Shown here: positions 24,361 through 36,087 of the stretch, piece by piece | Numbering within the stretch: position 1 is the stretch's first letter | How the letters are laid out: every line of letters begins with the position of its first letter | Source of the DNA: Mobula hypostoma | Taxonomy: Eukaryota | Direction of reading: 5' to 3' | DNA length: 64,000 nt | NCBI RefSeq assembly: GCF_963921235.1 | Contig: NW_026948187.1 | Span: 6,882,001-6,946,000 of the forward strand | Position numbers and translations under genes: made by a program | Notes under the pieces: model-generated | Seen by the model: the letters and a program-made list of their open reading frames with translations, nothing else | The model's database searches: none | What the model was told of the DNA's origin: nothing

Positions 24361-25220
24361 CGCTACTACAGGCGCAGTAGTAGACGGCGGAGTGGGAGGC
24401 CGATGCATGTATCACTTCCAGTTTAAACAGAGTGCTGCTGGGTCTTGTCGCCGTGTAGGAATCGGATGTGTAGTTCGTAACCGAACCTTGTCCAGCAGAA
24501 TAGAAGAGAACATCTATTGTCCGGTCCGATCGCTGTCTGTACCAATACAGATATTCATAGCGCGTATTCAGCAATGTGCATACGACGCTGAACGGCTGTC
24601 CCACACCGATTGACATGGACGACGGCGATTGCTCCACATACGCGGAGAGAATCTCTGTAAGATGAAATACGATACGGTTTTAATTTCCCGCAATTGTTCA
24701 ACAAGGGTTAAGCTAGTCAAAAGGAGACGGTTGGTGTGCTCACAGACACTGTTGCGCGATGTGCAATCGGCGTGATGCACCATCGTCGCGCCATGACCAT
24801 GCTTGACTATACACCGAANNNNNNNNNNNNNNNNNNNNNNNNNNNNNNNNNNNNNNNNNNNNNNNNNNNNNNNNNNNNNNNNNNNNNNNNNNNNNNNNNN
24901 NNNNNNNNNNNNNNNNNNNNNNNNNNNNNNNNNNNNNNNNNNNNNNNNNNNNNNNNNNNNNNNNNNNNCACACGGTGTCTACGAAGTACAGAATTGCGCA
25001 GAAAATGAACTATTCTTCATTATGCATATGAGTTGAAAGGGATGCATCAAACCTTTGCCCTCTTGGCGAAGAATATTACCAAGCCTAACCACGTTCGGTA
25101 CTGGACGACGTCAGTCTACACAGGACATTGTACACCCGCTTACCCCCAGACCTGTGAGTTTAACTTACGCGGTATGGCCACCACAATCAGCGGGAGGCAA
25201 AGTGTTCCCCGGACCATCAT
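24361..25220 (-). CDS. TRBV: V9: TRBV segment, likely functional (leader 25169-25220, V exon 24361-24654)
   Basis: MMVRGTLCLPLIVVAIP|QILSAYVEQ..YYCACSS. RSS CACAGGG(24354-24360)-23-GCAAAAACC(24322-24330). CTCF motif CCACTAGGTGGCAG at 24269-24282. Intron contains an N gap. Confidence 0.9.
24819..24968. other. Assembly gap (N run)
   Basis: 150 N within the V9 intron. Confidence 1.
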
Positions 25221-25338
25221 TGACGGGATGAGGATAGTTCCTCTGTGTGGAGTCGAATGAAGCTCCGTATCAAATGTCAGGGAAGTCTCTCTCCGTGGTC
25301 TGACAAAGGAACTGTCCTCCCGTTGGCTGTGTGACAAT

Positions 25339-25351
25339 TACGTCACTTCCG
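25339..25351 (-). promoter_or_regulatory. ETS-CRE composite in V9 promoter
   Basis: CGGAAGTGACGTA. Confidence 0.65.
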
Positions 25352-25919
25352 TAGCGGCAGAGCTCCTTTGGCGCGGTTTTCATTGTTGAGAAAATGACAA
25401 GACGACCCCAGACGAGTTCATGCAATGCAGATGCGTTTGGATGATTCTCAGTTGGTGGCACATATCCCGGGAAAACCGGCTTAAAATAATCGGCACTTAG
25501 ATACTGGGGACACCAAGATGCATCTACATTAGAGCTTCAATTTATTTATTTATGGTTTATTGAGCCGTGTATCGCTTCCATACCAGAAAATTCTCGCCCT
25601 TCGCCATAATCTCAGAACAATGCGGGATGTAACCACCAGCATGTCCTCTTCAGTGTTGAGGATACTGAAGTTATCCCCACGGAGGTTCGGGCTCCCGAAT
25701 CACCTCAACACTGAACTATGTCAAACCCTCTGACCTCACTTTCACGATTTCTACAATTCATGTTCTCAGTAAAACATTTTTTCTACTTATTAATTCGTCT
25801 TCTACTTTTTGCAAATTGATTTTCCATCTTTCCGTTTAGTTATCAATTAATCATGTACTGGAATTAAAATGGGTGACGCCTGTGAGATTCGCATTCTTCC
25901 AGCGTCCTCCAGTGTTGCG

Positions 25920-26430
25920 ACCATTCCCATTCCGACATTAATCCAAGGCCCTTTCCACTGTCGCGATTTATTCACACTGATGAAGCAGAACACTTTGTAT
26001 TCCGTCTAGGTAGTCTCCTACCTGATGGCGAGAACATCGATTGCTCGAATTCCAGCTGATCCCTCGAACTCCTCCCATGCCCTTTTTTTCTCTCTCTCTG
26101 TCTCTCCTTGCCTGTACATCGCCTCCGTCTGCTGCTCCTCCCCCATTTTCTTTCTTCCATGGCCTTCTGCCCTCTTCTATCAGATTCCCCATCTTCAGCC
26201 TTGTCTCTCTGTCACCAATCAACTTCCCAGGTCTCTCCATCACCCGTCCCCCTCCCGGTTTCACCTATCACCCTGTCTCTCCCTCCACTCCCCTACCATT
26301 TAAATCTACTCTTCACCTTTATTTTTTTCTTTCCCCAGCCCCGCCGAAGTGTTTCTCGACCCGAAACGACGACTGTGCTCTTTTCCAGAGATGTCGCCTG
26401 GTTTGCAGAATTCCCCCAGCATTTACTGCG
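25920..26430 (+). mobile_element. Penelope-like 3' remnant (GIY-YIG C-terminus)
   Basis: EAEHFVFRLGSLLPDGENIDCSN, then UTR and decayed hammerhead (ccgaaacgacgactg). Confidence 0.7.
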
Positions 26431-27206
26431 TGTTGCCGGGATTTACGGCAATCTGTTGTTGTTCTCTTGATATTTTCATCACTCTCTGCGGTCTGCTGTG
26501 GTTCTCCCATATTCTGAGAGGGTGCTTCAGCAAACCAGGCAAAAAATGGCAGATTGTAAGCTGCTGTCTACGATGGCAGTGTTGTATATCGCACCAAACA
26601 GTTCCGGGGTACATAAAATGTTTGCAATATACTAAGTATCAATATATCAACGCACACAACGTGCTCTATGAACTCGGAACATCTCTGGAAGACATCGCCA
26701 GTGGCTCGTTAAGATCCTGTGACAAGTTTATTGGCAGACATCAGTTCATTACACGGTACCTTGAGGCCACGTGTATCGATTTAGAGTTAAAAGCGTGTTC
26801 TGCAGATCGACTCATTACACTACCCATTGCTGTGATAGAAGGTACTTCAATAAAGTTTCAAAGCGACAGGGAATGCCCAGTGCAGGCTATCAAGTCCATA
26901 ATGAGGTGGATATCAAAGTCAAGAGGGGTGCATGCACGTCAATCTGGAGTTTACTGCCGTCGATTGAGCGGCATTTCCCATTAAAAGCCGCTTTCTATCC
27001 TAAGCGAATGCTCGTCTTTTTGTGATGTCTGAGGCAAAATGGCGCACCCGAGGAAAGCCAGCAGAGTGTTGCTCCTGTGTGACACACAAGAACTGCCCGA
27101 CACCGTCAGTCTGCTGCCCCCTAGTGATGCAGCAGGGCCGCAGAACTTCCCTCTGTTTGGCTGGAAGTTATTTTGTGGTGGGAGATTCGCTGCTTCAAAT
27201 TCTGTG

Positions 27207-28024
27207 CTATACTATAAGCGCAGAAGGAGACGGCGGAGTGGGAGGCGGATGCTTGTCTTCGTTCCGGTTGAAACAGAGTGCTGCTCGGCCTTGACGGCTT
27301 GTCGGAATAGGATGCGTAGTTCATAGCTGAACATTGCCCAAAAGAAACGAAGGCGACCTCTATAGCCCGGTCGGTTAGCTGTCTGCACCAAAGCATATAT
27401 TGATAGTCTGCATTCAGCTGTGTACATGACACGCTGGCCGGCTCTCCCTCTCCGATTGACAGGGAGTAAGGCGTCTGCTCCACGTTCGCGGCCAGAATCC
27501 CTGTAAATCAGAAATTTGATGAGACTCTAATCCTTCCCAATTGTTCATCACAGCGCGCAGGATCTCAGCAGAAGGGAGGGGCTGCCCTTTTCGAAAGATC
27601 CTGGCCACCTTCCGATTAACCCGAAGATTCAGACTACTGTGCGACGTGCAATACACGCGGTGGCAATGGGTGAATGTTGGATCAGACTCCATGAGTTTGA
27701 TGGCCTAATTCTAGTCGCCACTTTCTGTTTCATGGTACACGCAGATGCACAGACAGACAGACACACGCACACACACACACACACACACACGCACAACTGA
27801 TCAGTGATAAAACACTTTGTATTTAGGTTCATGATTTGAAAGGGAGGCATCAAATAGTCGGCCTAATTCCGAGGGAAACTACCAAGCCTAACCAAGTGCA
27901 AAGCTCAACTACGTCGTTCCGCAAAGGACATTCCCTCCCCCCCACGACCCCTGGACCTGTGATTTTTAACACGCGGGATCACCACCACAATCAGCGGGAG
28001 GCAAAGTGTCCGCCGCACCCTCAT
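27207..28024 (-). pseudogene. TRBV: V10: open-frame but decayed TRBV (ORF/pseudogene)
   Basis: Leader 27973-28024 with weak GTGTTA donor. V exon 27207-27500 has WCRQ and SFC substitutions. RSS CACAGAA-23-ACAAAATAA. CTCF-like motif at 27114-27127. Confidence 0.75.
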
Positions 28025-28229
28025 TTACGGGATGAGAACACTTCCGCTGAGTGGAATCGAATGAAGCGCAGCGTCAGCTCCAGGGGGAGACTCTTTGCGT
28101 GGGCTGTGAAAGAAACGTGTTCCCGTTGGCTGCGTGACCATTACGCCAGTTCCGCAACGTCACACCTCCACTGAGCGGTTTACATTATCGACAAACAATA
28201 CTTATGATAGGATGGTGCTCATTGATTGC

Positions 28230-28580
28230 AGCTCAGAATTTAATACCATCAGCCCTCCAGTCCTGATCGAAAGGCTAAAGACACTAGGCCTCTGTCCCGC
28301 CCTCTGCAAATAGATCCAGATGACCACAATCTGTGCGGATTGGAAATAACATCACCAATTCGCTGACAAGTAACACTGGGGTTTCACAGGTCTGTGTACT
28401 AGGCCCACTGCTCTACTCTGTCTACACTCATGACTGTGCGGCTAGTCTGAACTGAAACAACATCTATAAATTTGCTGACGATACAACCGTTGTTGGCAGA
28501 ATTTCAGATGGTAACGAATGCATGTACACGAGCGACATCTAGTGGACTGGTGTCGCAGTAACAACCTTGCACTCACCGAA
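28230..28580 (+). mobile_element. Rex1/Babar-like LINE RT fragment
   Basis: Degenerate GPLLYSVYTHDC..KFADDTTVVGRIS. Confidence 0.7.
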
Positions 28581-29029
28581 AACATCAGTGACTGGCTGCA
28601 TCACCGTCTGGAAATGTGGGGGGTGGGGGAGGGAATATCAAATTGGTGTGAGGTTAATTTTCAACTTGTTTTTCTTTTAGTGGAGGAGAGCGTCTGGGAA
28701 AAAAAAAACAGGTAACGCACGCAAAATGCTGGAAGACCTCAGCTAGCCAATCTGTGCAGCAGTCTGCACAATTAGCCCCGATTGGTTGTTTGAAATTTTG
28801 ACTGTGTGTCCATGTAAGAGAGAAGATTTAACATAGGATCGGTTAAAGAGTCGGCGCACCATCGGCGAACGAACGGCTTTTGCCGCCCTACAGGTCTTCA
28901 TCAATCATAATTCCTTGGCCCCTGACAAACTGGGAATATGACTGAAATAAAAAGTGTTGCCGGAAAAGTTCAATGGAACTATCGCCTCGGGCGCTTATAG
29001 TTCAAATTTCAAAGTAAATTTATAACAAA

Positions 29030-29330
29030 TTATGGCTATGGCTCTCTGTACAACCGGGCATACATTTTCATCCCGGCATTCACAATGAAGCAAACAATAG
29101 AATCGATGAAAAGAAATGTGCAATGTATTAACAAGCAATCAATCAATAAGCATGAGTTATACAATCCTTGAAAGTGACTCTGGACAATCGTGCTGTCGTG
29201 AGACCAAAGTCTCCTGAAGCTACTGCCCTGCTTTGGTAGCGAGTTGAGAACATGGCCTCGACGGCTGAGAAACTTGATAATGGATGCTGCTTTCTGCTGG
29301 CAGCTTTTCAGGTAAGTGCGTTTTAGCTGC
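29030..29330 (-). mobile_element. Rex1/Babar-like LINE 3' end
   Basis: CQQKAASIIK..GHVLNSLPKQG, homologous to the C-terminal segment at 33520. Confidence 0.55.
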
Positions 29331-29429
29331 ACATGCGGGGTGAGGGGAGAAAGTGGATAGTACGGGCTTTGATGGGCCGGATCCTGAGGAGCTTTTTGTC
29401 TGAGGCAGCCGTAGACGTGAGCCGCCGTG

Positions 29430-29948
29430 CGAACCTCGCTGCGCAGAAGTAGGTCGCCGCGTCCGTCTCCTCGCTGCCGTTGTGTTGCAGCGTGAAGCGG
29501 TTCTTTGCGGCTTCAAGTTTAGCGGCGAACCTCAGTTTAAAAGGTGGGGCGCAGGTGTCAAAGTCGCTGCAGACCCACTCCAAACTTCTTTCGACTTGCC
29601 GGTACCAGTACATATTGTAGCTGCTCATGCCGCCTCCCTCCAAACTGCACTCAAAATTGAAATGCTCTCCCGGCCGAATAGCCGCCGCGGTAGGGAACTG
29701 GATCACTGTCGGCGCAGCCGCCAGTACTGGATTAACATACAAGAGAAAATAATTCATGGTCAGGTGGCTGACAACGGGATAATATTCCGCGTTTTATAAT
29801 ACAAATAATTTGGGTTCGTCTCTGACGATACAATCAGTTGATTCCACCTGCTGTAAGAAAATAATTCATCAAAATAAAACTCACAATGGTACAGGAGAGT
29901 CAGGGATAAAGTTAGAAAGGCGAGGGCCACGTTAGCGAGGAAATGCAT
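29430..29948 (-). CDS. V11: divergent rearranging V segment with IgH/TCR-delta/gamma-like features (leader 29885-29948, V exon 29430-29726)
   Basis: MHFLANVALAFLTLSLTLLYH|LLAAAPTVIQ..ECSLEGGGMSSYNMYWYRQVERSLEWVCSDFDTCAPPFKLRF..TDAATYFCAARF. GT/AG phase 1. RSS CACGGCG(29423-29429)-23-ACAAAAAGC(29391-29399). Confidence 0.9.
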
Positions 29949-30027
29949 TGCCGATCCGAAACGCTGTTCGGTAACAAAAGCGCCCTCTTCCCTTTTTCAC
30001 CCGAAGTCTTGTCGGCGGAATGTACCA

Positions 30028-30041
30028 CCGGAAATGACGTC
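30028..30041 (+). promoter_or_regulatory. ETS-CRE-like element upstream of V11
   Basis: CCGGAAATGACGTC about 80 bp upstream of the ATG. Confidence 0.55.
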
Positions 30042-30912
30042 TGACAGTACATGACAATTGACAATTGATCGGCTGCTTACGTCATCGATGACTGATCGTC
30101 TACTTTGGTCAGCAAAAGCAATTGTCAATAGTCATGTATCGGGGGGGGGGGGCAGAGGCGGCACTTCGGCCCCAGTCCTGTCTGCTGACCAAATTTCCTA
30201 TCGAAGCTTGTCGCATTGGCCTGGGATTCGCGCATTTTCCCAGGTGACCTTTCCATTACCCATTCCCGTCTAGATGTCTTTATGGAAATTGAAATTGTAT
30301 ATGCCCCGCCCACGTATCCGGGTACTCTTTGCGGTAACAAAATATTTTAAGGCGGCTTTAACCATCACTTCTCACCTTGAACCCAGATCTACATCTTTTC
30401 GCTTCATATCGCTTCGCGAAAGCACTGCTATTAACACACTTTCGATGTTTTTAACGCTTCCTCCAGACATTCATTAACCTCCTTTTCTCCAGGACGTGCA
30501 GACTCGGCTTTCCAATCGCTCGCTGTAACTAGAGAGACCCATGTACGGCACAGCTGCGCTCCCCCACCAGTGACTGTCACCATCATCTAAGCTCGCCCAA
30601 TTGAAAGTGAATCACACGGGCTAATTAGAATAGTCGATCAGATTTCCTGTCACGGGAGGATGATTTTTATAGCTGTATTGAGCTTTCCTAGAGGTAGTTA
30701 TTTTTACTTCCCGCTTCTCTGCCTTGTAAACATGCAAGTCCCGTCCTGCTGTTGGACAGCAACCAATGGCTTACTCGTCTGTTCTGACAGTTCGCTGTAG
30801 TTTACAGCCAGCAGCTCAGGAAGGAAGAATAGAAACCCCAAGCCGATGAGAGGAGTATGCAGGTGCTCCGCCGACAGAGGGAGCTGCAGCTCAAGTGCTT
30901 CATGGCTCAGCA

Positions 30913-30926
30913 GCGCCCCCTGCAGC
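30913..30926 (-). promoter_or_regulatory. CTCF-like motif upstream of V11
   Basis: GCTGCAGGGGGCGC. Confidence 0.55.
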
Positions 30927-31497
30927 TCCCTTCGCTCATCCACAAGCGCTGAATATAGATAAAGCAGAACATCTTCAAATCCAAGTTAACCATCACACCT
31001 CCTGCATTTGGAGCAGGGAACAAGAGCATAGAAAACCTACAGCACAATACAGGCCCTTCCGCCCACATCGCTGTGCCGAACATGTCGTAAGAAGATACGA
31101 TCTTTCCGTAAAGAGGATTTATGGGAAGACTGCACATAACAGGAAAGGATGAGGTGAGAAATCAGCACGCGGATTATCTTCAGCCTTCTGAATGCTGAAG
31201 GCGGGGGACCTGGAAATAAGAGACGGGGGAGGCAGAATGGGGTGAATGGACACGGAGAGGCGGGTCAATGGGAAAGGGGAAAAAGAGGGTGCACTGACGA
31301 AAGCAAAGTGGAGGATTGCAGACGGGAAAAGCTGGAGAGGAGATCGGAATTTACAGGCTGCGGCAGAGGACAGATCGTGTGCGGACGCGACGGCTCGTAA
31401 GTAGATAATTAATGAGTCTAAGACGACTAGTGACGGAAACGTGAACGCCAGGCATAAGCAGAGAGAGATTAAAATCTATTTGTCGACTTTCACACAC

Positions 31498-31534
31498 AGT
31501 GGAAGGCGAGAATGAAGTTCAGAAATAGAAACAT
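31498..31534 (-). pseudogene. Orphan leader of a V6 duplicate (V exon and RSS deleted)
   Basis: MFLFLNFILAFH identical to V6. Flanks match V6 but jump from 16484 to 16963 at about 31210. Confidence 0.85.
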
Positions 31535-31988
31535 CTTTCCTGGAGGGTTTAGTCTCTTCGTCATTAAAGTGGTGCGTGCAGCAGACAAATAAACCATTCA
31601 CTCAACCCGGATGGTTATTACATCAGTGACGTAGGTGGATTTGCGGAAGTCTGGATTGGCCACGCCCCTTATCTGCTCCAACATGATTCGAGGGGTGTAG
31701 TTCTTCACTCTACCAAGTTGACTAGACAACTCTCTCCCTCTCTGGCGCTCTCCTCGTCCCTCCGTATCTCTTTCTTCATCTCCCCCTTTTCTCTCAATGT
31801 ACCCGATTTACTTAAACTATGTGGATGAGAAGAATCAAAAGGCAATTGCAGTGTTGTGCGAGACGCGACCCTGACAGTGAAGCTCAATGTGCAGCGACCT
31901 CTAGTGGTGAGAAAATGCGGGTTCTGAGCCTTCAGCGATTGTGCAGAACAGTTTTTGTCAGAGGCGGCTCGACTTCTCAACCTCTGTG

Positions 31989-32438
31989 CGCTACTACAGG
32001 CGCAGAAATAGACGGCCGAGTGAGAGTGCGAGGCGTTCTTTACTTCCAGTTGAAAGAAAGTGCTGTTGGGTCTTGTTGCCGCGCAGGATTCCGACGTGTA
32101 ACTGTTGACTATATCTTTCCCAGTGGAATAGAAAAGAGCTTCTATTGCCCCGTCCGGTCGCTGTCTGTACCAGTACATATAATCATACTTCGAATTCAGC
32201 AGCGTGCAATTGACGGTGCTTGACTCTCCCAATCCAACTGACAGGGAAGGGGGCGACTGCTCCACGTACACGGCCAGAATCCCTGCAAGGCAGAAAATCC
32301 ATTAGAGCCTAAATTCTGTCAACAAATGGTAGCCCGTTCTCTGAACCTGAGTTACCTTACCCAGAACCATTGTTATTCTGACTTACGCGGGATCAATGCC
32401 AGGATCAGCGTAAGACAATATGTTCCTCGCCCCATCAT
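31989..32438 (-). CDS. TRBV: V12: TRBV segment, likely functional (leader 32387-32438, V exon 31989-32282)
   Basis: MMGRGTYCLTLILALIP|RILAVYVEQ..VYFCACSS. RSS CACAGAG(31982-31988)-23-ACAAAAACT(31950-31958). CTCF-like motif at 31894-31907. Confidence 0.92.
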
Positions 32439-32616
32439 TCACAGGATAGGCGCTGGCAGGCTTTGGGATGGAGTGCTGTTCAAGACACGCTTTCAAAATA
32501 ACTGTTTTGAGCTTCCCGTTATAGTTGCTCTTGCCGATTGGCCCTTTGACGTCTGTCACTTCCTGTGTAATTTGTTCTGTCGTCATTCGAAAGCTAAATT
32601 TGAGTGGCAACGACTC

Positions 32617-32629
32617 ACTCACACACACA

Positions 32630-32667
<38 letters not shown>
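32617..32667. repeat. (CA)n microsatellite
   Basis: CA run; another at about 33060-33150. Confidence 0.9.
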
Positions 32668-32669
<2 letters not shown>

Positions 32670-33095
32670 GGCACGCACAGACACGCTCAGACGCACACAC
32701 TTCCATACATACACAGAGATCACTCTATCTATGCTTATCTACCTGAGTTATTGGTAATGCATCTGTGTGTACCTGCTGATCCTGGACTCTCAGGCTGAGA
32801 GCGCGTCAAAGTCACAGGGAATTTCGAGGCGCGTTGATGCAGAAGATGTGGTTTTACAGCAGCTGTGCGGGGAAGGGAGTCGGAGAAACAAATATACTTA
32901 GTCTCCCCTTGTAAGAAGTCAAGCGATTAATAATATAAGATATGATTCTAACCCCGGCCGGGGAACTTCTGGATGGAGATGACGAAAGAGTAGAAAAAGC
33001 AGAGAGGGTATGCAGCGGCGACAATACGGAGAACAAAACCTACACTCAGGGGTCCCGCGCGAGCGCGTGCGCGCGCACACACACAGACACACACA

Positions 33096-33147
<52 letters not shown>

Positions 33148-33489
33148 TACACATCTGCCTATCCATCTGTCCGTCTGTCTATCTATCGATATATTTATCT
33201 CTTTCTCAATCTGAATATTTATCTATCCATTTTCCTGAATTATTTGTAAAGCATTTGTCTGTGTCTACTGATCTTGGACTCACGTACTAAAATCGCGTGA
33301 AAGTTACAGGGAATTTCCTGGCGGGTTGATGCAGAATTTGTGCTTTCACAGCCGCTGTCCGGCTGATAACGAACAGCGTTCGTCTCCAAGTCGGAACAGA
33401 AGCGAGCAATCACGCTCATTATGCTCCTGGCCCCGGGTGGGATCACTGCATCCTCTGGATGAGAAGATCATCGGGATCTCTGTTTCCGC

Positions 33490-33960
33490 CATTACAGACA
33501 GTTACACCACACGATGCACCCGTAAGGCCAACAGCATTGTGAAGGACCCCAGCCACTCCTCATACAAACTCGTCTCCCTCCTGCCATCTGGCAAAAGGTA
33601 CCGAAGCATTCGGGCTCCTACAACCGGACTGTGCAACAGTTTCTTCCCCCAAGCCCTCAGACCCCTCAATACCCAGAGTTCAGACTGGCATCTGCAACAT
33701 TTATTATTATTATATTGTAATTTGTCCTCTATTATGCCTATTGTCTTGTTTATTATTTATTGTCCTGCCCCGCACTGTTTTTACCCTTTATGTAGTCCTG
33801 TGTAGGTCTGTAGTCTTGTGCAGTTTTTGGTTTGTTTTACGTAGTCCAGGGGGAGGATTGCGTTGCCTCTCTTCTTCGAGTGTAGTTTTGTGTTGTTTCC
33901 TGCAGCACCATGGTCCTGGAGGAACGTTGCTTCATGTTTAGTGTGAACTGTACCAGCAAT
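33490..33960 (+). mobile_element. Rex1/Babar-like LINE 3' end
   Basis: YTTRCTRKANSIVKDPSHSSYKLVSLLPSGKRYRSIRAPTTGLCNSFFPQALRPLN, with a (GACTT)n tail region near 33990. Confidence 0.75.
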
Positions 33961-34056
33961 TTGTGGTCGAAATGACAACGAAAAGCGACTTGACTTGACT
34001 TGACTTGAGAAGGAGCAGCGGTAATATGAAGAGGAGATAATAAGGAGAACAAATCA

Positions 34057-34750
34057 TACACTCAGCGGCCGCTTTATTAGCTACAGCTGTGCACCGAATA
34101 CATAGATTTCCCTCTCGGTTCTTTGACAACCGACTCGGGTATCCACGCCAACGCCAATCATTGTGTCGTTTGCTGACTTACGAACCCACATATCTACGTT
34201 TTCATTCAAGTTACTCAGATGAAGTGGCCGCTTTATGAGATGGCTGTACACTGACTCGTTGATGCAAACGTCTCATCAGCCAATCATGCAGCTGCAAGTC
34301 AATGCATAAAAACATGCCGACATTGTCAAGAGGCTCCATTGCCGTTCAGTCCAAACATCACAATGGGGAAGAAATGTGACCTAAGTGACTTTGACCGTAA
34401 AATGATTATTGGTGCCAGTCCGGGAGAGGTTGGGTATCTGAGAAACAACTGAAATCCTGGGAAACTGACTCACAACCCTCTCTGGTGTTTACAGAGAATG
34501 GCGCAAAAAAAAAGACATTTGTGGGAATTCTTTGGGTGAAAACGCCCCGTTAGAGCCACAGGCTGGAGGAGAACAAGCAGACTCTTTCAAACTGACTGGA
34601 AGGCGACAGTAACTCAAATGACCGTGTGTTAAAACAGTGGTGTGCAAGACAGCATCTCTGATTGCATAATATGTTGAACCTTGAAGCGGATCGCCCACAA
34701 TAGCAGAGGACCACGAACATGCAGTGAGTGGCCATTTTATTAGGTACCGG
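34057..34750 (+). mobile_element. Tc1-like derivative (uninterrupted copy)
   Basis: catacactcagcggccgctttattag ... gagtggccattttattaggtacc, with internal Tc1 DNA-binding-domain remnant. Confidence 0.75.
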
Positions 34751-34989
34751 AGGTCATGAAATGGATGTTCTCCCCATAATTACATATGTGTACAAGACAC
34801 AGATATGTGTGCAAGAAGTTAGCATTTGCAAAGTGCCGTGTACCATTCGAGTTGGACAATGAGCAACGAGACGGAGACTGTTGCTGCCCCCGTGTGGCGA
34901 AAAGTCCGTTCTGCACCTCTCGGTGAATCGGTGGAAAGTTCTCCTGTTGTCGCGCTGTGCATCGTGCTACTCCGTATGGAAAAGTGTAA

Positions 34990-35410
34990 GATTTAGACGT
35001 TTGAGGCCGAGATCCTTCCTCAGGACTGAGAAGGAAGGGGAGTAGATGCCTCAATAAAATATTTGCGGGGCGGGAAAACGTCCAGCTGGAAGGTGATAGG
35101 TGAAGACAGGTACTTGGGAAAGGTCAAGGGCTGGGGAAGAGAGAATATTATTGGAGAGGAGAGTAGAAAACGGGGAAAAGGGACGGAGGGGAGGGCAGCT
35201 GGGGGCAATGGTAGATGGGTGATAAGAAGTCAAAGTTCTGAAAAGTGAAAAGCGGGTGGGTGGATCGTCGTATATACCGTCAGGTTAGAGTGTACACACA
35301 TATAAGCGGTTGCTCCTCCGCCTTGAGGCTGGACTGCTTTCGACACGAAAGGAGACCATCGACCAACAGGTCGAAACGTGAATGGGAATCGGAATTAAAA
35401 TTTTGGCCGC
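34990..35410 (-). mobile_element. Penelope-like 3' remnant
   Basis: Paralogue of 5570-6060, hammerhead core mutated (CUGAGGA, CAAA). Confidence 0.55.
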
Positions 35411-36087
35411 AGTGATCTCCTTATGCATTTATGCGGCGGAAAGCTTGTTCGCTGAGATCAAATCATTTCACGGTGCACTGAGATAGAGAAAGGTAAATTC
35501 ATTAAATCATTTATAATTTCCACACCTATCCAGTTACAGTGGAGAGCTGGTCTTGCGTACCGTCCAGACAGATCGAAGCATTACATGGTGCACGGGTGTG
35601 GAATAAGCCTCATCAGAAAAGTTTAAAAGCGACAGAGAAAACCGCAGTGCAGGTGACGACAGTGAGGTAGATTGTGAAGTTCGGAGTCCGCATTATTGTA
35701 CCATCCTCTCGCACAAGCGGCCCGTTCAAGCGTCGGGTAACAGCGGCAGATAAGCTGCTGCGTTTTGACTGGAGTCCCTTATTGTTGCTTTACTGAGATA
35801 ACGAGATGTATGGACAGAGGACACATCTGTGCGAAGGGCCCTCTCAGGTTTCCTGCCGTCAATTGCAGCGCAGATACTATGACAGACCATTATTCATGAA
35901 AGCCCTTCTGCTAGTCGATGCGATATCTGAGATAGCGGGAGCAAGCGGGGAAAGCCGGTTTGTGACTGAAAGGCGCAGCCGAACACGGACTGGTGCTGCC
36001 ACCTACTGGTACAACATGGCCACTGAACCTCCCAGCGATTGACTGGAAGGTTTTTGTAGTGGGAGACTCGTTATCTCAACTTCTGTG

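Noticed and set aside
24266-24613. Recurrent plus-strand ORFs overlapping V exons (also 2824, 22966, 39255, 41743, 45625)
   Set aside because: Antisense shadows of conserved V coding sequence, with no independent start, splice or domain signal
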